In this document: in pieces, positions 50,904 through 60,004 of the stretch | How positions within the stretch are numbered: the first letter of the stretch is position 1 | Layout of the letters: each line of letters begins with the position of its first letter | Source of the DNA: Candidatus Nomurabacteria bacterium | GTDB lineage: Bacteria; Patescibacteriota; Minisyncoccia; Phycocordibacterales; UBA9973 | DNA length: 64,000 nucleotides | NCBI GenBank assembly: GCA_026395995.1 | Contig: JAPLXQ010000010.1 | Coordinates: forward strand, 69,296-133,295 | Direction: 5' to 3' | The notes under the pieces: model-generated | What the model was told of the DNA's origin: nothing | Seen by the model: the letters and a program-made list of their open reading frames with translations, nothing else | Databases searched by the model: none | Program-made: the position numbers and the translations under genes

Positions 50904-52478
50904 ATGAATAAAGAAATAATAAAAAATTATATACCAGAAAATACAAAAGTAGATTTTGTTGGAAATATTGCTCTTGTAAAAGTTGAAGCAGTAAATATTT
51001 TAGAAATTGCTAATGATTTATATAATCATAAAAATCTTCCGCTTAAACTCGTTACAGCGACAGATGAAAGGTTTGAAAATGGATGTTTTAAAATTTGGTA
51101 TATTTTTGGAATTCCAAAAGAAAATATTTTTATAGCCTTATTTATTGAACTTAAGAATATTGAGGAATTCCCATCAATAGTCTCAGTTGTTTTTGAGGCT
51201 GGTAACTATGAAAGAAAAATAAAAACTTTTTTCGGTCTTACTCCAGCAGGGGCTTTTGATACAAGGCCAATAATTTTACATGAAAATTGGCCAATTGATG
51301 TTTTTCCACTTCGAAAAGATTTTAATTTACAAACAAAAGTAAAACAATCAACTGGAACATATGAATTTCAAAGAGTTGATGGTGAGGGTATTTATGAGAT
51401 TCCTGTCGGTCCAATTCATGCTGGTATTATAGAACCTGGTCATTTTCGATTTAGTGTCGCTGGAGAAGAAATAATGCTCTTAGAAGCAAGACTTGGTTTT
51501 GTGCATAAAAGTATAGAAAAAATATTTGAATCAGAAATATCAATAGATGAAAAAATAAAACTTTCTGAAAAAATTTCAGGAGATAGTTCTTTCTCTTATT
51601 CTGCTGCTTTTTGTCGATCGATAGAAAATTTAGCTGGAATTGAAGTTTCTAAAAGAGCTGAGTATTTGCGTGCTATTTATTCTGAATTAGAAAGATTAAC
51701 AAATCATTTTGGCGATGTTGGTGCTATGATGCTAGATACAGGGTTTAATTTTGGTGGAGCAAACGGTTCTCGTTTACGTGAGATAGTTATGCAACTAAAT
51801 GAAAGACTTACTGGTAGTAGGTTTTTGCGTGGAGTAAATGTCGTAGGTGGTGTGACTAAAGATATAGATTTAAATGAAAAACAAATTTTATTAAACAACC
51901 TTGAAAAGATATTTAAAGATTTTGAAGAAGTTATTGAAGTAGTAGAAAGTAAAATTTCTTTATTGAATCGTTTACGAGGAACTGGAGCTATTACTCATAC
52001 TATTGCTAAAGATTTTGGAGTGCTGGGTGTACCTGCTAGGGCTGTAGGCATTGAAAATGATACACGTTTAGATTTTCCATATAGTGTGTATCAAGAATTA
52101 GATTTTAGTAAAGCTGAAGTTCAAACTACAGGAGATGTATATGCTCGTTTCTATGTTCGAATAAAAGAAATTCGTACTTCATTTAACCTTATTGAAAAAG
52201 CCCTAATCAATTTACCAGAAGGAAAAATAAATTCATCATTAGATAAAATAGTTTTAAAGAAGAATTCTGTAGTTATTACCCTTGTGGAGGGGTGGAGAGG
52301 GGAAATAGCATATTTCATTACTACCGATTTAAATGGAAATATTAGTAGAGTTTATCCTCGTGATCCATCTTTTCTAAACTGGTCAGCCGTCGGCTGTGCT
52401 GGTCCTGGCAATGTCGTTCCAGATTTCCCACTCATAAACAAAAGCTTCAATCTTTCTTATACAGGAAATGATTTGTAA
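50904..52478 (+). CDS. HyfG/NuoCD-like large subunit lacking NiFe motifs (Ehr large subunit)
   Basis: GPIHAGIIEPGHFRF, EKISGDSS (no CxxC), RDPSF, C-terminal SFNLSYTGNDL (no DPCxxC). Confidence 0.9.
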   Translation: MNKEIIKNYIPENTKVDFVGNIALVKVEAVNILEIANDLYNHKNLPLKLVTATDERFENGCFKIWYIFGIPKENIFIALFIELKNIEEFPSIVSVVFEAGNYERKIKTFFGLTPAGAFDTRPIILHENWPIDVFPLRKDFNLQTKVKQSTGTYEFQRVDGEGIYEIPVGPIHAGIIEPGHFRFSVAGEEIMLLEARLGFVHKSIEKIFESEISIDEKIKLSEKISGDSSFSYSAAFCRSIENLAGIEVSKRAEYLRAIYSELERLTNHFGDVGAMMLDTGFNFGGANGSRLREIVMQLNERLTGSRFLRGVNVVGGVTKDIDLNEKQILLNNLEKIFKDFEEVIEVVESKISLLNRLRGTGAITHTIAKDFGVLGVPARAVGIENDTRLDFPYSVYQELDFSKAEVQTTGDVYARFYVRIKEIRTSFNLIEKALINLPEGKINSSLDKIVLKKNSVVITLVEGWRGEIAYFITTDLNGNISRVYPRDPSFLNWSAVGCAGPGNVVPDFPLINKSFNLSYTGNDL

Positions 52479-52489
52479 TTTTTTTTAAA

Positions 52490-52523
52490 TAAAAAAATCG
52501 CATAGTGTTTTTCACTATGCGAT
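52490..52523 (-). terminator. Intrinsic terminator between the Ehr operon and the CA-like gene
   Basis: atcgcatagtg-tttt(t)-cactatgcgat with an A tract on the left. Confidence 0.75.
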
Positions 52524-52527
52524 AATA

Positions 52528-53667
52528 TTAATTTTCTGAAATTTTACTTATAAAGGTTAATTCCTCCGGATAAACAATCGTTCCTTGTTCAAAAGTTTTT
52601 TCGAATTCTGTCGGGTCGAATTCTGTAAAAAGTCTTGTATCGTGACTTGTTACTCCTACTACGTATTCCAAATTATAATTTAATAATTCTGGAACTCTTT
52701 TTTCAATAACCTTTTTTGCTGTTTTGTAAAGAAAATGAGCACGCATTTTTTGTGCTTCATCGTTTGTGTGTTCTTTAAACAACAAACCAGCGCACATAAT
52801 GGTTACACCGTCTTTTTCATCAACTCTTCCTGATTTGATATTTTTTAAGATTATACTAGCTGCAATAGCTATACAATCATCAAGGGTTTTTAAATGACTC
52901 CTGAAAGGGCTAACAATAAGAGCTTTGTTTGGTATATGCAACCAATCAAAACCTAATCCTATACAAAGAGAAAGTTCTTTATGCTCTCTGTCTAATGCAA
53001 CTTCTTCACTTGTGGAATTTTTAATATAGTTATAGTTTCCCATAACCAATTCCATTAATGCGTTCATCACCTCATCAGAAACATCTGGAAATATCTTCAA
53101 CATTTTAAGAATTATTTCTTCTCTCGAAGAATTTAAATTTTCAAAAACATTAAAAATTTCTCCATTTTTATTGTGAAATATCAGAGACTGATTGTCTGTT
53201 TCTATACCCATCACAATAGAGTATAAAATACCCTCATTCCTCTTTTCAAGAAAAACTGATTTAAATTGGTCTCTTAGTCTCTTTGCCCATACTAAGGCTT
53301 GACCAGTATTATTATCATGTCCAGCACAGCAACGTTTCTCACTTCCTTTTGAAAAGTGGTATGTCGAAACTATTAAACAAGGTTTTTTACTTGAGCAGTG
53401 TTTAATTGTTTTTTCGATTAAGTCACTCAAATAAGAGTCTCCTAAGTCAAAAATTCCACCAAGTGTTCTATACGGTCGTAATATCCCAGTAGGAATATTG
53501 GTAAACTTTGCAATATGGACTCTTCCGTCCATACACTTGAATAGTAGTATTCTCGCAGGGTGTAACTCTTTGTAAAGCATTCTTGCGTGCTTTCTTTCAG
53601 GGCTACGGTGTTTAATGCTTTCCTCGATGTTATGACTAATCAAAAATTCAGTTGTTTTATTTGCCAT
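52528..53667 (-). CDS. CsoSCA-like beta-carbonic anhydrase
   Basis: CMDGR and YHFS...CAGH zinc-ligand motifs. Confidence 0.65.
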   Translation of the reverse strand: MANKTTEFLISHNIEESIKHRSPERKHARMLYKELHPARILLFKCMDGRVHIAKFTNIPTGILRPYRTLGGIFDLGDSYLSDLIEKTIKHCSSKKPCLIVSTYHFSKGSEKRCCAGHDNNTGQALVWAKRLRDQFKSVFLEKRNEGILYSIVMGIETDNQSLIFHNKNGEIFNVFENLNSSREEIILKMLKIFPDVSDEVMNALMELVMGNYNYIKNSTSEEVALDREHKELSLCIGLGFDWLHIPNKALIVSPFRSHLKTLDDCIAIAASIILKNIKSGRVDEKDGVTIMCAGLLFKEHTNDEAQKMRAHFLYKTAKKVIEKRVPELLNYNLEYVVGVTSHDTRLFTEFDPTEFEKTFEQGTIVYPEELTFISKISEN

Positions 53668-53776
53668 GCCTTAGATCTTTTTAAGGTTCAATTTGAATAC
53701 ATTATATCATATTAATTATAATTAGCAAGCTTATTTTAGAAATTATATTGCATATATTTTATGCTAAAATGGATGT

Positions 53777-56770
53777 ATGTCAGACATATTTACTGAAAAA
53801 TATAAAGCTTTAAATAAAGCCCAGAAAGAAGCTGTGGAATTTATAGATGGACCAGTGATGGTCGTCGCAGGGCCGGGAACAGGTAAAACTCAAGTCCTCG
53901 CTCTTCGCATAGGACATATTCTAAAAGAAACTGATACAAAAGCAGACAGTATTCTTTGTCTTACTTTTACCAATTCTGGAGTGAAAGCAATGAAGAAAAG
54001 ACTCGAAGAATATATAGGTACCGATGTAAATAATGTAAAAATTTCTACTTTCCATGCTTTTGCTATCAAACTCGTCGAAGATAATTATGAACTTTTGGAT
54101 TTTAAAAGAATGCCAAAATTGCTCGAAGATGACGAGGCTGTTTTTCTCGCAGATGAGATAATGCAAAACAATACTTGGGAATATTTGCGTCCTCGTTCAA
54201 ATCCGACGATGTATTTCAATGATTTGAAAAGTCTCATTTCAGTTTTAAAGAGAGAGCGCCTAACACCTGAAGAATTTTTGAAAGAAGTTGAACATGATAT
54301 TAAGTTTTTTAAAAATGATCCAGATAGTATTTCTACTCGTGGAGAAAGTAAGGGAAAATTAAAAAAAGAAATAGAGAAAAAAATAGAATCACTAGAACGC
54401 ACTCGTGAAGTTGTGGAATTTTATCGTATTTATGAAGAGAGAAAAAGGGAAGAGAATCTGATGGATTATGATGATGTTTTAGAATATGCAGTAAAACTCG
54501 TAGAAGAATATGAAGATGTTCGCGCTAGTGTTTACGAAGATTATTTATATGTATTAGTGGATGAACATCAGGATTCGAGTGGTGTGCAAAATAATTTCTT
54601 GAAAGCTGTTTGGAAAGATACAGAGAAGCCAAATATTTTCGTAGTGGGGGATGACAGGCAATTGATTTATGCTTTTTCTGGTGCAAAGCTTTCATATTTT
54701 GAAGAATTTGCACACTTCTTTGGTAAAGCGAAATTAATAATTCTCACAGAGAATTATCGTTCCACTACACCGATTCTCGCTCTCGCTGATAATTTACTCA
54801 GTAGTTCTATTACGAAAGAAAAATTAAATTCCAATACAAAGGGTGAAGAAAAAATATTACTGAATGAATATAGTTATCCGAGAGATGAGATAATCGGTGC
54901 AGGTTTGTATTTCAAAAATAAAATAGCAGAATCAACTGATAGAGATAAAATGAAACCAGAAGACTGTGCGATATTAGTGCCGAAGAATTTCCATGTTCGC
55001 ACAGCTATACAAATACTGGGAGATATGGGTTTGCCTGTTTCGACTGGTAAAAGTATGTCACTTTTTAATGTAAAAGAGACATATAGCTTTTTGCGAGTTT
55101 TAAATATTATCACTGAGCCTTTTAATTCTGTATTCCTGTCAGAAAGTTTACTCGATAAGACTAGCGGAGTAAGTCCTTTTGAAGCACATAAATTTTTGAA
55201 AACTTTAAAGCCAGATAGGATGACTATCGATGATTTGATAAACAATGGTGGTGGAGATGGGCTTTTTGCGGGGGAGAATGATATTTCAAAATGGGGTAAG
55301 GTTTTAAAATCTTGGACAGAATTAGCGAATGACAAACTCTCTATTATTGTGAGTAAAATAGGTAATGAACTTCTGATAGATAATTCCAAGACTCATACTG
55401 AGCTTTTGAAAAATGTCGAAGTGGTTCGTAGCTTTATTCATACTGCGATGATTTTTGAGCAAAAACATAACAACGCAAGTTTGAAAGATTTTATAGAATA
55501 TTTTAAGAGATTAGAAACTTATGGTAATCATATTACACTAGCTACTTTTGAATCTGATAATGGTATCCAAGTAATGACACTTCATAAGTCAAAAGGTTTG
55601 GAATATAAAAATGTCTGGATTGCACATATGAATGAAGAAGTTTTAATGTCTGAAAAGAGAAATGGTTTTACGCTTCCTGAAAAAGTAAAAGAGCACATAC
55701 ACGAGCGTGATATTGAAAATGCGAAGAGGGAACTCTATGTAGCCATAACCCGTGCGAAGGAGAATTGTATTATTTCACATGCAAATGAAAGCTATAATGG
55801 GGCGCAAATGGAACTCGCTCAAATAATTCGTGAATTACCTGGTACACATTTTGTTAAAAAAGAAAAAGAAGAAACAGAAAAAGAAATAATGGCAGGCGAG
55901 AGTGGAGTAAAAATATATACAAATATCGTTGAGAAAAAAGAAGGGAAGATCATTGATGAAATTAAAGATTTTGCACGAGAAAATTATAAAAATACGAAAG
56001 TTACAGTCACACTTCTCAATAACTTTTTTGAATGTCCTTGGAAATGGTATTTTAGAAATTTTTTGAAATTACCTGAAGTAAAAGGTACATCACTTGCTCT
56101 CGGTTCTGCTGTTCACTCTACTATAGAATTTATTTTGAAAAATAAAGAATTGCCGAGTGATAAAGTAATTAAAGAAAAAATACAAGAATCTTTAAATAAA
56201 GAAGGAGTTCAAGATGAGAAAGAGATTAAAACTTTAGCGAAAGATGCAGAAAAAGCTATTAAAAATTGGATTGATAATTATTATGCTAATTTAGCAAAAG
56301 ATTACAGTTCAGAGCGCTCCGTGCAATTCACCGATCCAAAATATCCTGATTTGCTTATGTATGGAAAGCTCGATTTGACAGAGAGAGAAAATGGAAATAT
56401 TACAATTACTGATTTTAAAACTGGTAAACCAAAAACAAAAAGTGAAATTGAAAAGATTGACGAAGAGGGTAGACTCTCTGGCTATATGCGCCAGCTCGCT
56501 ATGTATTCATATCTCGTGGCGGGAGCAGAACGTGGAAAGAGTGTAGAAAGTTCACGACTTCTTTTTCTCGAAGCAAAAGAAGATGATAAGAATGCTTTGT
56601 ATTCTATACACATAGACGAAGAAAAAATTGATTTATTAAAGCGTGACATTTCAGACTATGTTAAAAATCTCGAAACTGGAGAATGGACAAATTTAGAATG
56701 CCACTACAAACCTTGGGGAAGTAGTAAGGATGAGTGTGAATATTGCGCACTCGCTAAAAAGATTATTTAG
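53777..56770 (+). CDS. UvrD/REP helicase fused to a C-terminal PD-(D/E)XK nuclease
   Basis: AGPGTGKT, VDEHQD, VGDDRQ, TLHKSKGLE, YVAITRA; GKLD..DFKTG, QL.MY, CxxC. Confidence 0.92.
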   Translation: MSDIFTEKYKALNKAQKEAVEFIDGPVMVVAGPGTGKTQVLALRIGHILKETDTKADSILCLTFTNSGVKAMKKRLEEYIGTDVNNVKISTFHAFAIKLVEDNYELLDFKRMPKLLEDDEAVFLADEIMQNNTWEYLRPRSNPTMYFNDLKSLISVLKRERLTPEEFLKEVEHDIKFFKNDPDSISTRGESKGKLKKEIEKKIESLERTREVVEFYRIYEERKREENLMDYDDVLEYAVKLVEEYEDVRASVYEDYLYVLVDEHQDSSGVQNNFLKAVWKDTEKPNIFVVGDDRQLIYAFSGAKLSYFEEFAHFFGKAKLIILTENYRSTTPILALADNLLSSSITKEKLNSNTKGEEKILLNEYSYPRDEIIGAGLYFKNKIAESTDRDKMKPEDCAILVPKNFHVRTAIQILGDMGLPVSTGKSMSLFNVKETYSFLRVLNIITEPFNSVFLSESLLDKTSGVSPFEAHKFLKTLKPDRMTIDDLINNGGGDGLFAGENDISKWGKVLKSWTELANDKLSIIVSKIGNELLIDNSKTHTELLKNVEVVRSFIHTAMIFEQKHNNASLKDFIEYFKRLETYGNHITLATFESDNGIQVMTLHKSKGLEYKNVWIAHMNEEVLMSEKRNGFTLPEKVKEHIHERDIENAKRELYVAITRAKENCIISHANESYNGAQMELAQIIRELPGTHFVKKEKEETEKEIMAGESGVKIYTNIVEKKEGKIIDEIKDFARENYKNTKVTVTLLNNFFECPWKWYFRNFLKLPEVKGTSLALGSAVHSTIEFILKNKELPSDKVIKEKIQESLNKEGVQDEKEIKTLAKDAEKAIKNWIDNYYANLAKDYSSERSVQFTDPKYPDLLMYGKLDLTERENGNITITDFKTGKPKTKSEIEKIDEEGRLSGYMRQLAMYSYLVAGAERGKSVESSRLLFLEAKEDDKNALYSIHIDEEKIDLLKRDISDYVKNLETGEWTNLECHYKPWGSSKDECEYCALAKKII

Positions 56771-56825
56771 GAAAATAATAAAGCTAAAGCAAAATGTATT
56801 TTCTTTATGCAAAGCTTAGGAAAAT

Positions 56826-56859
56826 AAAAATCCCGTTGCAAGAACATTGCAACGGGATT
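56826..56859 (-). terminator. Intrinsic terminator (minus strand)
   Basis: aatcccgttgcaa-gaaca-ttgcaacgggatt with an A tract on the left. Confidence 0.85.
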
Positions 56860-57217
56860 ACCTGGGTACTTAGATGTTTCAGTTCTCCAGGGCAGTAAGA
56901 TCTATGGATCAAGTCGTAGTGTTCAATCCCCATAGCTTATCGTAAATGATTAAATCTACGTCCTACTATTAAATTTTTCGTGAGTAAGTTAAGTTTACTC
57001 CTGTCAAAGAACTATTTTTATTCTTCCAATCTTAACTTGGGTAATCTTCGTGCTTGTATTGTTTCAATATTGTAGAGTTTTTGTTTAACCAAATCGGTTA
57101 ACTTTGTTCGGTAAACTAAACAAAAGTTTGTATACAGCCGGACTTTGTCTTAGTATGATTCCCAACGATGTATAGATCGTTACTAGGATTGACGCAGTTC
57201 ACATTGAAAGTAATACA
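56826..57217 (-). ncRNA. Candidate ~390-nt structured non-coding RNA
   Basis: Promoter and terminator bound an ORF-less region with multiple hairpins and GAACTGAAACATCTAAGTACCC. Confidence 0.6.
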
Positions 57218-57222
57218 TCTTC

Positions 57223-57251
57223 AAAGTACCACTATTTAAAATAAAAATCAA
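57223..57251 (-). promoter_or_regulatory. Sigma70-type promoter
   Basis: TTGATT-17 nt-TACTTT with an extended TG. Confidence 0.6.
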
Positions 57252-57350
57252 CTAGAAAAGACTAGGTCCGTTATCCATCCAGCCGAGAATAAGCCCTAAA
57301 AGGGTGAAAGTTATAATGAGTATTATTAAAAGATTGATATTCTTTTTCAT
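57252..57350 (-). CDS. Putative 32-aa single-TM peptide
   Basis: MKKNINLLIILIITFTLLGLILGWMDNGPSLF. Confidence 0.45.
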   Translation of the reverse strand: MKKNINLLIILIITFTLLGLILGWMDNGPSLF

Positions 57351-57426
57351 AATTTAAGTATACTATAAAGTCTTGCAAATAAAGCCTTTTGCCGTTAATA
57401 TCATATGTATGTATAAAAAGGCTAAT

Positions 57427-58440
57427 ATGAAAAATAAAGAAGAGCTTTTGGCTGATTTAGCAAAAGAGAATTTTAAACGCCGAACTCTTTCTTTTTATAA
57501 ATATGTCAAAATAGAAAATCCAAAAGAAATGCGTGATATGCTTTTTGATAAACTTTCAGAGCTTAAATGTCTGGGTAGAATCTATGTCGCACATGAAGGT
57601 ATCAATGCGCAGATGAATGTACCTGAACACAATTGGGATGCTTTTAATTCTTTCTTACAAAATATTCCAGAATTCACAGGTGTACCATATAAATTCGCAG
57701 TAGAAGAAAAAGGTAGTAGTAGTTTTATAAAATTAATTATAAAAGTGCGAGAAAAAATTGTTGCTGATGGACTCGATGATAGTACTTTTGACCCGGCAAA
57801 TACAGGTGAATATGCTCTCGCAGAAGAAGTGAATGAAATGATAGATCGTGGTACGACAGTTATCGATATGCGAAATATTTACGAAGCAGCCATTGGTCAC
57901 TTTGAAAATGCAAAGATAATGAATGTCGATACTTTCCGAGAACAACTTCAAAAAGTGCAAGACATGTTCAAAGATAAAAAAGATGAAGAAGTTTTGCTAT
58001 ATTGTACTGGAGGAATTCGTTGTGAAAAAGCTTCTGCGTGGATGAAACATAATGGTTTTAAAAATGTGAAACATATAAAAGGTGGAATTATCGATTATGC
58101 TCACAGAGTAAAAGAATTAGGTTTACCAAATAAATTTAAAGGCAAGAATTTTGTCTTTGATGAGAGAATGGGGGAGAGAGTTGGCGATGAGATTATTTCT
58201 GCTTGTCAGATTTGTGAAAAGGAAAAGTCGGACGAATATATACACTGTAAAAATCTTTCTTGTCATATGTTATTCATATCTTGTAAAAAGTGTGAGAAAA
58301 ATTTAGATGGTTACTGTAGTCGCATTTGCCAAATTTGTGATAAATTTCCTAAAAAAGTAAATCAACTTTTTATCAATCGAAATCAACAAAAGCATTCAAA
58401 TCAATACAAGAAGAATTACAAGAGAACAAATGTGGTATAA
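57427..58440 (+). CDS. trhO: Rhodanese-family tRNA uridine(34) hydroxylase TrhO/YceA
   Basis: GRIYVAHEGINAQ, YCTGGIRCEKA, GKNFVFDER. Confidence 0.9.
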   Translation: MKNKEELLADLAKENFKRRTLSFYKYVKIENPKEMRDMLFDKLSELKCLGRIYVAHEGINAQMNVPEHNWDAFNSFLQNIPEFTGVPYKFAVEEKGSSSFIKLIIKVREKIVADGLDDSTFDPANTGEYALAEEVNEMIDRGTTVIDMRNIYEAAIGHFENAKIMNVDTFREQLQKVQDMFKDKKDEEVLLYCTGGIRCEKASAWMKHNGFKNVKHIKGGIIDYAHRVKELGLPNKFKGKNFVFDERMGERVGDEIISACQICEKEKSDEYIHCKNLSCHMLFISCKKCEKNLDGYCSRICQICDKFPKKVNQLFINRNQQKHSNQYKKNYKRTNVV

Positions 58441-58472
58441 TTTATAAATTAAAAGATAACTTAAATTTTATT

Positions 58473-58709
58473 ATGAAACACGAAATAACTACAAAATACA
58501 GCGCTGTTCATGTTTTTTACGAAGGAGGTAGTTCTACTTTAGATGAATATAGTGTTCCTTGGTTTCAAAAACTACAATCTTCAGAAGTAAAAACATTTTG
58601 TGACTCTGCATACTCAAATGGTAAGGCAGATCTTGAAGATAATTATAGCAACAATCTTTCGCTTGTTTACAATGGTGATAGTACTTATACATTAAAATTA
58701 AGAGATTAA
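58473..58709 (+). CDS. Hypothetical protein
   Basis: 78-aa ORF co-oriented between two genes. Confidence 0.5.
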   Translation: MKHEITTKYSAVHVFYEGGSSTLDEYSVPWFQKLQSSEVKTFCDSAYSNGKADLEDNYSNNLSLVYNGDSTYTLKLRD

Positions 58710-58721
58710 TAAAATAAAAAT

Positions 58722-59915
58722 ATGACAAGTTTAGAAAAAGCAAAAATAGAAATCCCAAAAGAAAATCCAGATTTACCCATGCAATTAAAATTTGATGTTT
58801 CTTCATCTGAAACAATAGAAAAACTTTTGTCCGTAAAAGATTTAACTTTACCTACAGAAAATGGAGAAAGTAGAAATATTATCGGTAAAGTTTTTGACCA
58901 AGTAATTAAAAAATTAGAAGAACATAATTTTTCTGATATAAATGTTGTGCGAGGTAATCCTATTGTTCTAGCTAGTGATAACTTTGATAGTCTTTTATTT
59001 ACTCCAGGAAATCCTGGAAGGTCTGCGACTTATACTAGATATACTGACGAAGATCACGTTCTCCGTACTCATACCTCTGCACTTATTCCACAAACATTTA
59101 AAAATTTCAAAAAGGAAATTGATCGTTCTACTTTTGTTTTACCTGGGCTCGTATACAGAAGGGATGTTATCGATCCTAGGCATTTAGATGTTTTTCATCA
59201 GATAGATGTTTGGACTTTACAGGATAATAGTAAGTACGGAAAAGTAAATCGAGAAAATTTATTAGAATTAGCTAGAACTGTTTTCGAAGCTGCTTGTCCT
59301 GATGCTGAGATGATAGTCTATGAAGCGAAGCATCCATATACAGTTGATGGTATTGAAGTCTATGCAAAAGTAAATGGTGTAGAAATAGAAGTTTTTGAAG
59401 CAGGTCTCGCTCATCCAGAAGTTTTGAAAAATTGTGGTATTGATCCTGAAAATTATTCCGGTCTCGCTCTCGGTATGGGAGTGGAGAGATTAATAATGGC
59501 TAGAAAGAATTTACCAGACATTCGCCTCATACGTTCTACTGATCCGAGAATTATCAAACAAATGACTGATATGGAACCATATAAAAATGTTTCTAATCAG
59601 CCAGCTATTTCTCGTGACATGTCTTATATTGTGAATAAAAATGATTCTGAAGAAGATCTTTGCGAAGATATCAGAAATGTTTTCGGTGAACATGCTGATC
59701 TACTCGAAGAAGTAAAAATATTAGAGAGAACTCCTTTTGATAAATTGCATCCAGTAGCAAAAGAAAAACTCGGAGCAGTCGAAGGCCAAGATAATGTTTT
59801 GGTACGTATTATTCTTCGTCACCCTGATAAAACTTTAACTAAAAAAGAAGCCGCTGATTTGTATGAAATGGCTTATCCAAAACTTCACAAGGGAAGTACT
59901 CAAGGATATAAGTAG
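58722..59915 (+). CDS. Single-chain PheRS-like protein (catalytic domain plus FDX-ACB)
   Basis: NFDSL...TYTRY, LRTHTSA, GLVYRRD.ID..H...FHQ, GLALGMGVERL, C-terminal ISRDMS...R....TLT. Confidence 0.8.
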   Translation: MTSLEKAKIEIPKENPDLPMQLKFDVSSSETIEKLLSVKDLTLPTENGESRNIIGKVFDQVIKKLEEHNFSDINVVRGNPIVLASDNFDSLLFTPGNPGRSATYTRYTDEDHVLRTHTSALIPQTFKNFKKEIDRSTFVLPGLVYRRDVIDPRHLDVFHQIDVWTLQDNSKYGKVNRENLLELARTVFEAACPDAEMIVYEAKHPYTVDGIEVYAKVNGVEIEVFEAGLAHPEVLKNCGIDPENYSGLALGMGVERLIMARKNLPDIRLIRSTDPRIIKQMTDMEPYKNVSNQPAISRDMSYIVNKNDSEEDLCEDIRNVFGEHADLLEEVKILERTPFDKLHPVAKEKLGAVEGQDNVLVRIILRHPDKTLTKKEAADLYEMAYPKLHKGSTQGYK

Positions 59916-59932
59916 AATAAACCTTAAAATTA

Positions 59933-59964
59933 CTAAAAAATCCCCTAAAATAGGGGATTTTTTA
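59933..59964. terminator. Bidirectional-type terminator
   Basis: aaaaaatccccta-aaa-taggggatttttt. Confidence 0.8.
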
Positions 59965-60004
59965 GTTTTGTTTTAATAAAAAAAATGCTATAATGGGTGT
60001 ATAT

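Noticed and set aside
45289-52478. Calling the operon a functional [NiFe] hydrogenase-4 or complex I
   Set aside because: The large subunit lacks both NiFe CxxC motifs; no maturation genes, NADH module or ferredoxin subunit are present in the window
56861-56891. 23S rRNA gene or fragment
   Set aside because: Only about 22 nt match; neighbouring 23S helices are absent and a terminator follows immediately
57130-57155. RNase P RNA (minus-strand acaaagtccggc resembles GGAAAGUCC)
   Set aside because: The match is partial and I could not find the 3' P4 consensus; tmRNA ends are also absent
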